Shown: positions 1-13,073 of the stretch, in pieces
Numbering within the stretch: position 1 is the first letter of the stretch
How the letters are laid out: each line of letters starts with the position of its first letter
DNA from: Octopus sinensis
Taxonomy: Eukaryota
Direction of reading: 5' to 3'
DNA length: 64,000 nucleotides
Assembly: GCF_006345805.1 (NCBI RefSeq)
Contig: NC_043005.1
Location: 88,288,001 to 88,352,000 of the forward strand
Notes under the pieces: generated by a model
Database searches by the model: none
What the model was told of the DNA's origin: nothing
What the model saw: only the letters and a program-made list of their open reading frames with translations
Program-made: the position numbers and the translations under genes

Positions 1-371
1 AAGCAAACTTCTTACTACACAGCCATGCTTGCACCTACACAATCATGCCGGAAAGATTTTACATGGTCACAGCCTTTAATTACTGTACATATGTACAACT
101 ATCATGAGAAACTCAGTATTAGATGCACACACCAATGCAATAACTGCCACATGCACGAGAAGAAAAGCGAATGTTGGAAATTAAGAGAGTAATATTTGTG
201 TCTTTATGTTTAGTATGAAATGAAGACAGCTTAAACAGTTTGGATGGGATATCAATGTTTATAAATTGGTTAGGGTTGTTATGTTCTACCAAGATCTTTT
301 TTATACACATTGCTCCTAAATTCTATTTTCAATTTAGTTGCAAGATTCTATTCGAGCGTGCGTGTGTTGCC

Positions 372-443
<72 letters not shown>

Positions 444-1127
444 GTGTGTGTACGTGAAAATGAATGTACACTGCCCCATCACAGTGAATCCGCCTGATCT
501 TTGATTTCTTCAGGAATTTCTGACTGTTGATCGCTTCGGAGTTAAAGTCATCAGACAAGCATCAGTTTGTTCTCCTGTTGGCCATTGCCATAAATATGGT
601 GACCATGTGGACGAAGGCGAAATAAGGAAGATCCTCATCTAAGTCAGGGGTTGGACAGCCCCCAGTAAGAGTATTTATAGCTGACATTGGTGGCATTAGT
701 CCCAAACAGTTGGTGAATATTGCAAGACATAATTTACCAAGAAAGACTTACAACCTACCAAATCAAGTTCCATGATGCCAGAGAAAGGGAAGATGGTTGA
801 AAAATTCTATTTCTTACTGTCTGGAACCACCAGTCACTTTACTGCTAATTAACAATCAGGAGAACTCTTTTACACAGCTCTGAAAGCTCTGCCATCCTTC
901 AAAATCCCATCAATTACAATGGTCAACAATTCAGGCCTGAACAAGAGAAATCATAGAATAAGGGACAGTTGGGACCTGAAGGTGTCATCAATTGGAATCA
1001 AAGTGGAAATGGAAAGTTGCAGGGTTATGCCTAATACCAAAGGAGTTGAGGAGAACCATGGCAACAGGCAGAATGGGTTTAGGATAATTCATACAAGACC
1101 CAAGGTTGACAAGGTCGAAGACAAAGA

Positions 1128-1399
1128 TAGACACCATCTTATCCAGGGAGATATCTGTGTATAGACACCATTTTATCCAGGGAGATGTCTGAGTACAGAC
1201 ACCATCTTATCCAGGGAGATATCTAAGTATAGACACCATCTTATCCAGGGAGATATCTGGGTACAGACACCATCTTATCCAGGGTGATATCTGGGTATAG
1301 ACACCATCTTATCCAGAGAGATATCTGGGTATAGACACCATCTTATCCAGCGAGATATCTGGGAATAGACACCATCTTATCCAGGGAGATATCTGGGTA
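1128..1399. repeat. 34-bp minisatellite, 8 copies
   Basis: Unit TAGACACCATCTTATCCAGGGAGATATCTGGGTA starts at 1128, 1162, 1196, 1230, 1264, 1298, 1332 and 1366 with few substitutions. Confidence 0.95.
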
Positions 1400-1781
1400 T
1401 ATGGAGGATGAAAGAGTGAAGAAAATGGAATAAGTTCTAGGGTTTTATTGATAGAGTTTTCTACAAAAGTACATCTCTATGATGCAATGCATGTTGGAAC
1501 TGGATATTGATTGTGGTTCCAAGACATTGTCGCCATAGCGTGAAGTGTTCTGGCAATGGTTATTGATAATCTTTCCAATATAACTCCTGGGTCAGAAAAG
1601 ATTCTGAGACTAATTCTTGAAAACAATCTTTACAACAAAGTCCCTCCACACAAAATATTCTGGGTGGCATAAGTGAAGGAATGAAATTTGCCTAGGGGTG
1701 CAAACCCAGGTCCAAAATATTTTATAAAATGAATTCAATCTTTTTTCAATCTTAATATTGAAACAAACTCAGTTATAATAA

Positions 1782-1847
<66 letters not shown>

Positions 1848-1849
<2 letters not shown>

Positions 1850-2371
1850 GAGTGAGAGAAAAGTGCATGCCATCAAAGTAACACTGGGTTAAAATATACG
1901 AAGCCCAGTATACCCATCATGACTACCCATCTGATAAGGGTACAGACACATGCATCACAACCATATGTGCGTGACATGGTGATCTCATATCAAGATAAAC
2001 AGCGCATGACCTTGCAGGTGGGGCCCAGTTAGAATTTTCTTCTGGTCGAGTAGCCCATCCCGCCGAAAAGGTGTCTGAATAAGGATTGTTTAAGGACGTT
2101 GAACGAACCACCCCTGTTTCCAAAGATGAATCCCTCTCAACACATGGCTATGATGCTCTCCCACTACTTCTGTTCGTGATCAGAGATGCACATATCGTCA
2201 GCCACTTAGAGACATGCTCAACTGGTTTAGGTCAAACAACTGACAAGCAAATTTGTGGTATTGAGCAGAATATTTGCTGTAGCCCATCTTTTATACCAAG
2301 ACAAAACAATGTACATGATAACACTTCCAATCAGTTAAGATCAGAAGCCATGAAAGCCACTGCCTGGTACA
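1848..2371. mobile_element. Interspersed non-coding repeat (about 520 bp) between (TTA)n tracts
   Basis: A near-identical copy in the opposite orientation lies at about 55655-56147, also bordered by (TAA)n. Confidence 0.8.
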
Positions 2372-2429
<58 letters not shown>

Positions 2430-2430
<1 letters not shown>

Positions 2431-2886
2431 CTTCGTAACACTGTGTAGGTAAAAATGCGCCGGAGTTTTTAGCCATCTGTCAAGTTACAACAAGGACCTC
2501 AGACAGATAATACTTTCCTTAAGGTGTGCACTGTACCCAATAAGGCTGCTTTTTGCAAAACCTTAATCTTGCATGGGATTTCCAGTTGCCTTAGGAAGTT
2601 TTGAAGTTTCAATGGGATTGAACCCACTTTTACATTACCCTTTCGCATTCCATACAGTCTTGTCGTTTCCACTTTCAATTCGGAGTACTTGGTGATATTT
2701 TTTCAACCTCTTTACTCACGACATTCTTGGCATTTGGTATGGCTAGGTTAATGATCTGACAGTATTTGTCTCTCTTATTTAATATAACGATATCCGGCCG
2801 ACGGTCTTCGATTACACGATCCGTCTGAAAATCATAGTGTCACAGTATCGTTAATTCTCCATCCTCCTGCATAACTTTACTTGGTA

Positions 2887-2887
<1 letters not shown>
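2430..2887 (-). mobile_element. R4/Dong-type non-LTR retrotransposon 3' fragment (RLE domain)
   Basis: Minus-strand remnants YDFQTDRVIEDRRPDIVI and LQKAALLGTVHTLRKVL; flanked by (TAA)n on both sides. Confidence 0.8.
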
Positions 2888-2952
<65 letters not shown>

Positions 2953-3361
2953 AGTGCATTAGTAAAATTGGATTGCTCCAATAATGGCAAATAATATCTT
3001 AAATCAATCCAAAAATGGCTCCACGTTCATTTTTTTTTTGTTCTTTTTTGGTGAAAAAGGTTTTTAGGAGGTTGTTTAAAGCCTTTTCTTTGCCCCTGCA
3101 CCACCAAATTTTAGTGGCTGTACTCTCACTGTTCCCGAGCCAATGAACAGTGGTCCCTTTGACATTGGATCCTTCCCTATTTCACAATCCATTCTGGGAG
3201 TGTCACATGACCGCTGTTCCTACAACAAAGTCCTTTGAATACACACTGACTATGAAAGGGGTTTCCAAGAAACAGTGTTTCTACATTTCCAAAGCATAAA
3301 ATTATTATTACCAAAATTATAAAATGTATACATTAAGTAATTTTCATATTTCTCATTGTAG

Positions 3362-3465
3362 CTGAATCTCGTTTGCGATGATGCGATTCTGGCAAGGCAC
3401 GCCTTTACATTTTTCTTCATGGGCTACCTTTTCGCCATGGTCGTTTGTGGAATTTCATCAGACAG
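3362..3465 (+). CDS. SLC22/organic cation transporter-like gene, internal exon A (104 nt)
   Basis: tag|CTG...GACAG|gtaag; encodes LNLVCDDAILARHAFTFFFMGYLFAMVVCGISSD(R), matching the SLC22 WxLVC...GxxSDR motif. Confidence 0.9.
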
Positions 3466-3557
3466 GTAAGTTCTGTGTATCATATCTCCACGCTGGTGTG
3501 TTTAGCGTTTGCATTATATTATATATTTTACATTTTTGCATATTTCATACATATGTT

Positions 3558-3664
<107 letters not shown>

Positions 3665-4536
3665 AGTAAATGGTGGGGTTGTATTTAACCACACGTGGAG
3701 AAATGATAGGAGAGGAAAAATTGAAAGTAAATCTTAATAAAAATGGGTGTATGAAAAATTAAAAAAGAAAAAAATAATAAATCAAACCAATTTTCATAGC
3801 AAGGCAAATTTTCAAGATTTGGAAGGGGAAAAGAATGTTTTTAGAATTGAGGAAGGGAAAAAAGAAACTTACAATGTTTTTTCAAAAAAATAATAGTACA
3901 TATATACAAAAATTAATAAATAAGTATACCAATACATTGTAGTGTCTTATGCTTTTAGAGTTCAATAATAGTCCTTGGAAAAACTTCTTTGGAGGATTAG
4001 GATGCACGTGCTTAAATGTAGTGTTTAGTTTAAAGAGTTGGGTGAAAATGTGTCAAAACAGGAAATGGGGTAGGAGTTATACAGTTCCTGTGAGTAAGGG
4101 GAGACAATTCTGTGGATTTTATGCTCTTTAATTGGGATGATTGATTTTTTGTCAAACAGGATGCTTATATCAATTTTTGTCAGATAGGACGCTAGAAAAA
4201 GGAATATGGTCACCGTGGAGTTTGCATATTAAGTCGCGTTTGGAATTTTTCAATAAAAAGATTCTCCTTGTTGATTCTTCCTTGTGTAGAGATTCTGTCT
4301 TTACATTGGTAGAAAGGGAGTATGTGAAATTTGGGATTTTTATCTCTAACGCAAGAGTCTATGTGGCTACTGAATGGAATTTGACGGTGTTGTGGGAGAT
4401 TTATCTGTTCTTTATGGACTGTTACTCTTCTGCGTAAAGGAAGAACTGATGCAGCCTATAGGTGCAGGAAGGACAGTGTGTGTTTGTGTGTATTTAATCA
4501 GGTGAATTTTAAGTTTGTCTCTTCAATCTTTTTCAG

Positions 4537-4691
4537 ATTTGGTCGCAAAAAAGTGATAATTGTGTGTTTATTTCTGCAAGGGTCAACCGGAATAGCAACG
4601 GCCTTCATCTCCAACATTTATGCCATATATGTGTTACGTTTTCTCACTGCTGTTGGTGGTGCTGGATCCTACATTCCCTCAGTTGTCTTTG
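4537..4691 (+). CDS. SLC22-like gene, exon B (155 nt)
   Basis: cag|A...G|gtaag; completes the MFS motif DRFGRKK and includes ...YVLRFLTAVGGAGSYIPSVVF; phase fits exon A. Confidence 0.92.
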
Positions 4692-4849
4692 GTAAGCAAC
4701 CAACAATAAAACACCATAAATATTCACTTTCAAATTTGAATGCAAGTTCAGTTATGTTCTGTGTTTTATTCTTTGTTTGCTTTCATCGATTAGAAGGAGC
4801 TCTTTCAGATGTTTTAATCATATCAACAACTTTGTTTTATCTCATTACG

Positions 4850-5707
4850 CAAGAAATGTTTCGTTGCTCTGAGTGGAAAGGCAACAGTCTTCATGAGGCA
4901 GTGTGCCAAGTGACATTCCTGTGTTCGCAAGTTGTAAAATTTGTGTTCTTGGGATCACGTATATGGTGTAGTCTGCTCTTTTTGACAAGGACAGGAAGTT
5001 GGAACAAAGAACCAACGTGAAATTTTTCGTCAAACTTGGCAAGTCTGCTACAGTGACATTGAGCATGCTTCAGGAATCTTACGATGATGAGGCAATGAGT
5101 TGTTCGCAGTTTCAAGTGGCACGGATGCTTCAAAAGCGGAAGAACGTCCCTGGGAGACGATGAACCTTCAGGAAGACCTGCAACGAGCGCCACCTACCGG
5201 AAATGTTGAGAGCATTGATCAGCTTGTGCCTGAGGATGGACGGATGGCAACGAACGAGGTTTTGAAGCGTTTGAGGGAGGACATTCGGCGAAAGCGATCG
5301 GATTTGTGGAGAACAAAGAATTAAAATTCTTAACGACGGTAGTGCCCCCTGTCACCGAGCTCTCCTCACCTGTGAGTTTCCCGCCAAAGCAACATGGCAT
5401 CGCTTCCACAACCGCTATATTCGCCAGATCTTGCACCTGCGCACTTCCGTTTCTTCCCACAAGATGAAAATGCAGCTCAAAGGTTGCCATTTCGACACCA
5501 TTGTCAAGATCAAGAGAGAAAGACAGAAAGTCCTCGACATGCTTACAGAAAACGACTTCCAGTCTGGATACCAAAACTGGCAGGAACACTGGGACGGGTG
5601 TATTGTTGCGTAAGGTGGCTATTTCGAAAGAGATGGTGTTTAAAACTTAGATAAGTTATTTTTTATTAAGCATAAATAGTCTGGGAAGGTCTTGATACCA
5701 CCTCGTA
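4850..5707 (+). mobile_element. Degenerate, internally deleted mariner transposon
   Basis: Remnants EQRTNVKFFVKLGKSA, LKRLREDIRRKR and PQPLYSPDLAP; right TIR ends ...GATACCACCTCGTA. Left boundary is approximate. Confidence 0.85.
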
Positions 5708-5833
5708 TACATACATATTCATGGTGGCATGCATATATACACACACACAAAAAAATACATACACATATAAACACCCACCCACACATACATATAGGTCATG
5801 ACCAAACAGAATAAAATGTAACAGGTTAAATGA

Positions 5834-5882
<49 letters not shown>

Positions 5883-7113
5883 GAAATCTCCATAAATTCA
5901 TGAAATCAGAATATAAATTCAACCATGTCATAGAATATTGTATTCAATATTTACTATTCATGTTCAAAGTTGTCGACCACACGTGTTTTGTGAGGTTGTA
6001 TACTATGTTCTTGAGACACCCAGTCTCTTACAGAACCTCCCCTTATATACAACCCCAATTTTCAGGTCCACCTATCCCCCATTTATAATTTTATCTATCA
6101 TTATATATTTCAACTTACAGGTATATCAAACTATACAGATGTATAAATAAATATCTGGTATGTCAAAATATATAGATGCGTAAATAAATTCATTGTACCC
6201 TGCAGTTTAAGCCATACTTAATTTAAGAATTTAATGTGAATTACGCCTAAAAAATATATATATAAATGAAAAATATATATATAAATGAAAAATATATACA
6301 AATGAGAAGAAAATATAAAATTATAAGAATGAAAAAATTAAAAAGATATATATGAAGGAATTAATTTAATGTTACGCGAAAATACGAATGAAGATATGAA
6401 ACGATATGAAAACATGTATGGAAAAATATAAAGAGAAAAATATTTAAAAATGAAAAAAATATATATGAAGGAATTAATTTATAAATTAATATAATTAGAA
6501 TTAATATAATAAGCTTAATTTAAAATGTAAAAGTTAGAGTGCAAAAGAAATGTATTTTCCATCTACCGCTGGATATCATCGCGCTAAATTGAGCTAGTTT
6601 CAATTTACACTGCAAGGTTCTGTGGAAGTATTTATACTCATACTGTTTCTTTTAAACTATTACGTTATTAGCATATTGCTGACAGTAGGACAGGGAATAA
6701 ATGCATTATGGGAACAATCCATCTATTCTTTCCTTTTTATTCACCCATCCGTCCTACGAACGCACAACTATCACTCCCCACACTCAAATAGTAAGTTAAA
6801 TGTAAATAATAGTATCCAATAGTAATTTTTGTTTATTTGCTTGAGGGCTAGACTTAATTAATTAACCACTTCAGTTTTAAAAATATGAGATATATCATAT
6901 TACTTGGAATTTTTTGAATTTTTGTAATATTTCCGTGATATTTTAGTACGTCCTTTTAATGTTTTATCATCTCAAATTTTTATTACACCAATATATTGTA
7001 ACTTTTACATCTAAAATTCACAGTGTTTTATGTATCATATCGATATTTATCTATTTCTTTGCATTTTTATATTTATATATTTGGAATTATTATATCAGTT
7101 TTATAAATGTAGA

Positions 7114-7145
<32 letters not shown>

Positions 7146-7339
7146 GTGTGTGGTTATTAATTATATTCCTCTAGTTTCCGCTTGCATTGCCTCCATTCAG
7201 ATTATTAAACGGTATATATACATATATATACAAGGAAAGAAATCAGATGAAAAACAGATTTGTTTAACGAGACTAAGGGATATATTTAAATTGTCATGGC
7301 AAAATTATTATACAATGTTATACAAAATAAGATTATTTT

Positions 7340-8240
7340 CCTATCACAAAATGACTGGTTTCGCCGAAGCTTTTCAAATTTTGATTGTTAGATGCGATTC
7401 GAAATGAGAAATTTTGTTTGTTAGGAGGGGATAATTGGTAAACATGGTATTTTTTCAGTGAAGAGGAGATAAATCTGTAATTTTTCAATATGCATTTATT
7501 TTAAGTTCTGGCTTATATTTTTCGATACATGGGGCCTCATTATTTAGTCGCGCTTGTGTTGAGGTCAAAATAATACATTGATATAAAGGGAAGATTAGGA
7601 ATTGTGATCGCAGCTATTCCACACATCTGTCAATGTGTACATTGAGATTATCTTGCGACATTGCGGGGAAGAGTTGTGTTGTCTGTGAACTGTACATCTA
7701 CGTCTAAGGGACATTCCTGTGGAACCTATGTAGTTTTTATGATAGCCCGAGCATCTGACAACATAAATGAAGTTTTCAGAGGCGCGAGTAAAATTGGACT
7801 TAATTTTGAATTTTTGCCATTGTTTAAAATGGAATTCTGCTCCTTCCAAAAGATTGGGACATGTTCCGCAGTTAGGTCGACCACATTTTTTATACTCTTG
7901 CGTCCGTTATTCTTCAGAGTAATTTAGCATTTGTGAGGATCTTGTTTAATGTCTTTGGTTGTTTATTGCTTTTAATGATCTTTCAGTTTGGGATCTTTAT
8001 GGAGTATTGGGAGATTTTAGCCAATAATGTTAAATGCTTCGTGGCTTCTAGTGTTTTATGTTAATACATAAGGAAGTAATTTTAGAGTAGGCGTGTTATT
8101 GTGTTCGACTTTTCTTAATGCTTTTATGTCAATCGATTTTGCACTTTTAATCCCATCATCTATGAGTTGAACTGAGTAGTGTCCGTCAGTGAGTACGTTT
8201 TTAAGCTTTGCAGTCTCAGTTCTCAGGTATTTTTTCGGAC
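7340..8240 (-). mobile_element. Penelope-like element 3' fragment (GIY-YIG), broken ORF
   Basis: FIYVVRCSGYHKNYIGSTGMSLRRRCTVHRQH is a PLE GIY-YIG motif; the ORF is frameshifted. Confidence 0.85.
7348..7382 (-). ncRNA. Minimal type I hammerhead ribozyme, U3-A8 core variant
   Basis: Minus strand AAAAU-UUGAAAA-GC(UUCG)GC-GAAA-CCAG-UC-AUUUU: 5-bp stem I, stem II capped by a C(UUCG)G tetraloop, GUC site. Confidence 0.7.
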
Positions 8241-8313
8241 AATATGGGGCAAATCCTTCTTGAGAGGTTGAAAGGGATATGTCTGGGAGGCGGGGCATGA
8301 GCTAAATAAACCG

Positions 8314-9390
8314 TTGACCAATCTTAAGTACATTAGCAAATTTAGTAATCATCCTGGAGCAATTACTAAGAATTTAGTTAAGAATATTTCATTTAGATTA
8401 TCTAAATTATCTGCTAATGTTGATATTTTCAATAATAACGCTGAATTCTATAACTCTGCCTTAATCAAAGCAGGTTATACAGAAAAAATTTTCTACATTG
8501 ATTCTGCTCAGTCTAATTGTAAATTCAATAATGTAGATAAGATTTCTAGTCGTAAAAGAATTATTGATAACAATAACTTACGCACCGATACAAAGCGAAT
8601 GAAGGCAGATAACCCTTATTTAATCCCCTATTATCGATCTAAAAGTAAATATAACACCTTCAAAAGTAATTACGCTATGAACACTAGTAAAAATATTTGG
8701 TTAATAATTCCTTACGGGAGACAAATTAAATCTAATCTCCCACTGCTGTTTCGTCAAGCTATTGCTAGGAATATTCCAAACAATTCTAGATATTACTCTA
8801 TAATTAATTCACATAAGGTTAGGATAGGTTTTTCAAACACAAAAAATCTCTTGCAAATTATATCTTCTCATAATTACAAACTGTTAAATATTAATACATT
8901 TACTAATACTAACATTAATTTAGCTAATACCATCCAACCCTCTAGAAATATTAATAACAAGGTTATTGTATCTGAAGTCAATTCCAATAGAATTAAATTT
9001 ATGTCAAGTAACTCTAAGATTAAAAATTCTATATACCAGTGTATAATCAGTACTCGTAATAAAGTACGATTTTACATTGGAAGCACATCGTTAGAGTTAT
9101 CTAAAAGAATTTCTATCCATTACTCAACATTTAGGGATAGAAATAAACGGAATAGTACCGGTCTCAGCAAACTGATTTGGGATTTAAAAGACCACAATGA
9201 ACAATTTCATTTAGAATGGTTGATCCTCTCAATTTCGATACCATATGACAAAGGCAAGAAATTCTGTCTTCTCTGCAATTCTGAGCTATTTTTCATTATT
9301 TTTTCTAAAAATACTCTAGTAAACACGGTTATAGAACGAGCATACAGATGTAAGCATTGGCAGAAACATACATTTAGTGCATATAAGTAG
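8314..9390 (+). mobile_element. Penelope-like element, 5'-truncated ORF (RT thumb plus GIY-YIG endonuclease), 358 codons open
   Basis: SNHPGAI...ISFRLSKLS thumb region; NSIYQC...FYIGST...RIxxH and CLLC motifs; RT core is missing. Confidence 0.9.
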
Positions 9391-9591
9391 TCTCTATCAT
9401 TATATATAATTTAAACTTTAATTTCCTTTATATTTAACATTCACTATTAATATCCCTACTCTTTCTGTTAGCTACTTATGACGTTATATCATATAACGTT
9501 TTTTTAAACAATATTAATAGCATTCTGTCTATCGCTATACAAATCCATCATTTTTTGCTAAAATGTCGTATTGACGAGTTTCGTTTTTTTC

Positions 9592-9677
9592 ACTTTCCCG
9601 AAGAGAAGATTGCATTGTTTATACCATTTATTCTTTTGAATAGTATCAGTGGAATTTTCGAAACATGTGTCGAAAGT
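9592..9677 (+). ncRNA. Hammerhead ribozyme-like motif in the PLE 3' region (U4C core change)
   Basis: ACUUUC-CCGAAGA-GAAGAUU...AAUUUUC-GAAA-CAUGUG-UC-GAAAGU; perfect 6-bp stem I and a GUC site. Confidence 0.7.
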
Positions 9678-9873
9678 AAAAATACTTGTTTAAACCTGCG
9701 TTACCTCCATTTTTTATTCATATTATTCAAAATATTCAACGTAAACACGAAGTTTCAACCTTTATAAACAAGGAGTTACAACATCTTTACTGGTGAGATT
9801 TTTGCTGCCCTGGTAACTATTTATTTATTTATCCGTGTTAATTGTTAACAAGGTAAAAATACACTCATCTATT

Positions 9874-9943
<70 letters not shown>

Positions 9944-10047
9944 TATACATATATATGTGTGTATATATATATATACATACATATATATACATATATATGT
10001 GTATATATATATATATACATATATATATACATATATATATGTGTATA

Positions 10048-10087
<40 letters not shown>

Positions 10088-10209
10088 AAAAAATGGTAAG
10101 ACAACAAAAGAATGAGACTTCGATATTATGTAAATAGAAGAATTTATCTGTAAATATTATATGTGGCAATTATTCGGTAGCTAGTAGAAAACTCCATTTC
10201 TTTGATGGA

Positions 10210-10276
10210 CCAATAACTGAAGAGATGCCGGCGTGGGTTTCCGCCCCGGCATTCGAAACTCGGAGTTTTATCATGG
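10210..10276 (+). ncRNA. Type I hammerhead ribozyme
   Basis: CCAAUAA-CUGAAGA-GAUGCCGG...CCGGCAUUC-GAAA-CUCGGAG-UU-UUAU(CA)UGG; canonical core and GC-rich stem II, inside a ~240-bp element between (TA)n arrays. Confidence 0.75.
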
Positions 10277-10317
10277 CTATCGAATAATTCTCACATATTA
10301 TATTTACAGACATATTA

Positions 10318-10432
<115 letters not shown>

Positions 10433-10609
10433 TCCTTTAAATTTTGTACATGTATATATATGTATGTATGTACATGTGTGTGTGTGTGTGTGTGTATGCA
10501 TACGCACGCGCTCGCGTGTGTGTGTATGTATTATAAATTCCCTCTTTATATCATCATCTTCGTAATTGTTGTCATCGTTTTTCCTCATCATCATTGTTTC
10601 AAATTCTAG

Positions 10610-10780
10610 CTTCTGAAGTGTCTTCGGCGGACAGTAGAATGAAATCTTCCATTGCCATCCAAATGGTATTTACCGTCGGACTCATGATCCTTTCTCTTCT
10701 GACTTACTTTGTGAGGACCTGGAGACTTTGATGATCATAATATCAACCCCGTCACTGGTGTTCGGTGTCGCCTATGTCTG
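10610..10780 (+). CDS. SLC22-like gene, exon C (171 nt, contains a 1-nt frameshift)
   Basis: tag|CT...TG|gtaggt; ASEVSSADSRMKSSIAIQMVFTVGLMILSLLTYFVRTWR, then TGA at 10729-10731; LMIIISTPSLVFGVAYV continues in the shifted frame. Confidence 0.85.
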
Positions 10781-11834
10781 GTAGGTATGCATGGGTGTAT
10801 GGGTGGAAGGATGGATGAGTGCATTTATACCTGTACGGTTACACAGATGTAAATATAGCTGGGTGTATATATCAATACATGCATGTATGTAATATGAGTA
10901 TATGAATTATGGATGTATGGGTAAATGAATGGAAGTGTGTGGATATGTGGGTGTATGATCAATGGATTTATGTATGTACGAATGTATGGATATCTCTGTA
11001 TATGTATGGCTGGATATGTGTATGTATATAAGTGCGTATTGATGTATGTATGTATGATAGGATGTATATATATGGCTGCGTGTATGTATCAATGTATGTA
11101 TGCACGTATGAGTAAATGAATCTATGGGTGCATGGATTTATATATACGGACGTACTTAAGAATATATGGGTGCATATATATATCTTTGGATGTATATATG
11201 GGTAGATGAATAGATATGTGCGTATGTGTACGTGTATGTATGTGTTAGTGTGCACGTATGTGTATATGTATATACAACCCGTTACATAGATGGCAACTAA
11301 ACTTGCAACCCTAACAAGTTCGTTTGGGAACGAGGGTGGGAGTGGGGTGTGTTTATATTGGACACCCTCCAGGATGAGAAGCAAAACCCGTCAAAGGACA
11401 GCTGAGGGCGAGGAACCCTTAGTCTTTGTTTAGATATCTCTCTAGGGGATGAAAACTCTGATCTAACCCCTGTACCTTCGTTTGAATCCAATTACGTAGA
11501 TTAGTTCTTCTTTTGGGGCGAAAGCATTCGATGTTTAGAGACGAGTAACTTAAGAAGCTTTAAATACAGGCTTCACCTGACTTTTAAACATCTTTATTAA
11601 CATCAAAGATACAGGCGTGGCTGTGTGGTAAGACGTTTGCTTCCCAACCACATGGTTCTGGGTTCAGTCTCACTGTATGGCATCATGAACAAATGCCTAT
11701 CTATCTACCAATCTCTGTCCGTTTGTATGTTCGTATGTATGTATGTATGTATGTATGTATGTATGTATGCATGTGCGTATGTATGTATGTATGTATGTAT
11801 GTATGTATGTATGTATGTATGTATGTATGTGTAA

Positions 11835-12090
11835 CACACCATACTAATCATATCTGTCAGGCATGTGGAAAAGAGTGTAATTCGGCAGGAGGACTTAAAC
11901 GACATGCAAAGGTACATGAAGCCCAGTTACAACTACAGCCGGCTATTACCGGTAGAGGTTTTTGTTGCCAATTCTGTACTAGACATTGTAGATCTTTACC
12001 TGGGCTAAAAAGTCACATTCGATCACAGCACCAATAACTGTTAAGCTTCATGCAATGGCCATACTTGATAACGAGGGGGCAGCCGCAATA
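11835..12090 (+). mobile_element. Probable RTE-clade LINE 3' end with two C2H2-like motifs, inserted in (ATGT)n
   Basis: CQACGKECNSAGGLKRH and CQFCTRHCRSLPGLKSHIRSQH*, then a short 3' tail; no splice context was identified. Confidence 0.6.
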
Positions 12091-12233
12091 ATGTATGTAT
12101 GTATGTATGTATGTATGTATGTATGTATGTATGTATGTATGTACGTATGTATGTATGTATGCATGTATGTATCAGAGTGTGTGTTCATATATATGTGTGT
12201 ATGTGGTTGTATTTTCCGTTTTCTATTTGCAAG

Positions 12234-12446
12234 TTTCCTAGACGAGTCTCCCCGATGGCTCCTCAATAAAAAGAGAACAAAAGATGCCAACTTAATTCTT
12301 AGCAACATCGCCAAACTGAATAAAACAGTTTTGCCTCAAACAGAAATCGTCAACATTTTCTCATCGAACAAGAAAAAAGTAGAAATCTGGAAAATGTTTA
12401 CCATTCCTCAGCTTCTAAAACGGACCCTAATTTTGATGCTAAACTG
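12234..12446 (+). CDS. SLC22-like gene, exon D (213 nt)
   Basis: aag|T...TG|gtgagt; FLDESPRWLL (PESPRWL signature) through to LLKRTLILMLNW. Confidence 0.92.
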
Positions 12447-12484
12447 GTGAGTGATATTACATTTACCATTTTCTGTGTATTCTT

Positions 12485-12706
12485 TATCTTTTATCATTTA
12501 CTCGTTTCAATCATTTGATTGCGGTCATGCTGGGGCACCGCCTTGAAAAATCATATACTTGAATTAATTGACCTCTGACTTTTTAAATCCTGGTGCTGAT
12601 TTCATTAGTTTCTTCTAAACCATTAAGTTATAGGGACATAAACAAACCACCAGAGGTTATCAGACAGTGGTAGGGAACAAGCACATAGACAAAGACCCAC
12701 ATATAG

Positions 12707-12750
<44 letters not shown>

Positions 12751-12895
12751 ATGATGGGCTTCTTTCAATTTCTATCTATCAAATCCACTCACATGGCTTT
12801 GGTCAGCCCATGATTAGGTACCGCGCACTAGGACTGAACTTGGAACCATGTGGTTGGGGAGCAAGCTTCTTACCACACAGGCATGCATGCACCTA
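12485..12895 (-). mobile_element. tRNA-derived SINE (family A), diverged copy
   Basis: Reverse-complement similarity to the copy at 62005-62371. Confidence 0.75.
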
Positions 12896-13073
12896 TACTG
12901 ATCAGAATGATGCAGATATTTGTGGAAGTTTTCTTGCAAGAAATTCATGTGGCGTCAAACTTGAGAGAATATCAAAGATACTAAGTGTGCGAGGATGCTT
13001 ACATGAAGATGAAATAAAAGAATTCTTTTTAGAGCAAAGCAAAGAAGGATAAAATGAGAAGTAAAAACTTAGT

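Noticed and set aside
1128-1399. CRISPR-like regular repeat
   Set aside because: Units are head-to-tail with no unique spacers, there are no cas genes, and the context is eukaryotic.
11290-11560. HDV-like ribozyme in a possible RTE 5' UTR
   Set aside because: The segment looks like a LINE leader, but I could not build the nested double pseudoknot by eye.
11693-12037. C2H2 zinc-finger gene exon
   Set aside because: Two non-Kruppel fingers with no TGEKP linker, embedded in (ATGT)n inside an intron and followed by a LINE-like tail; more likely an RTE 3' end.
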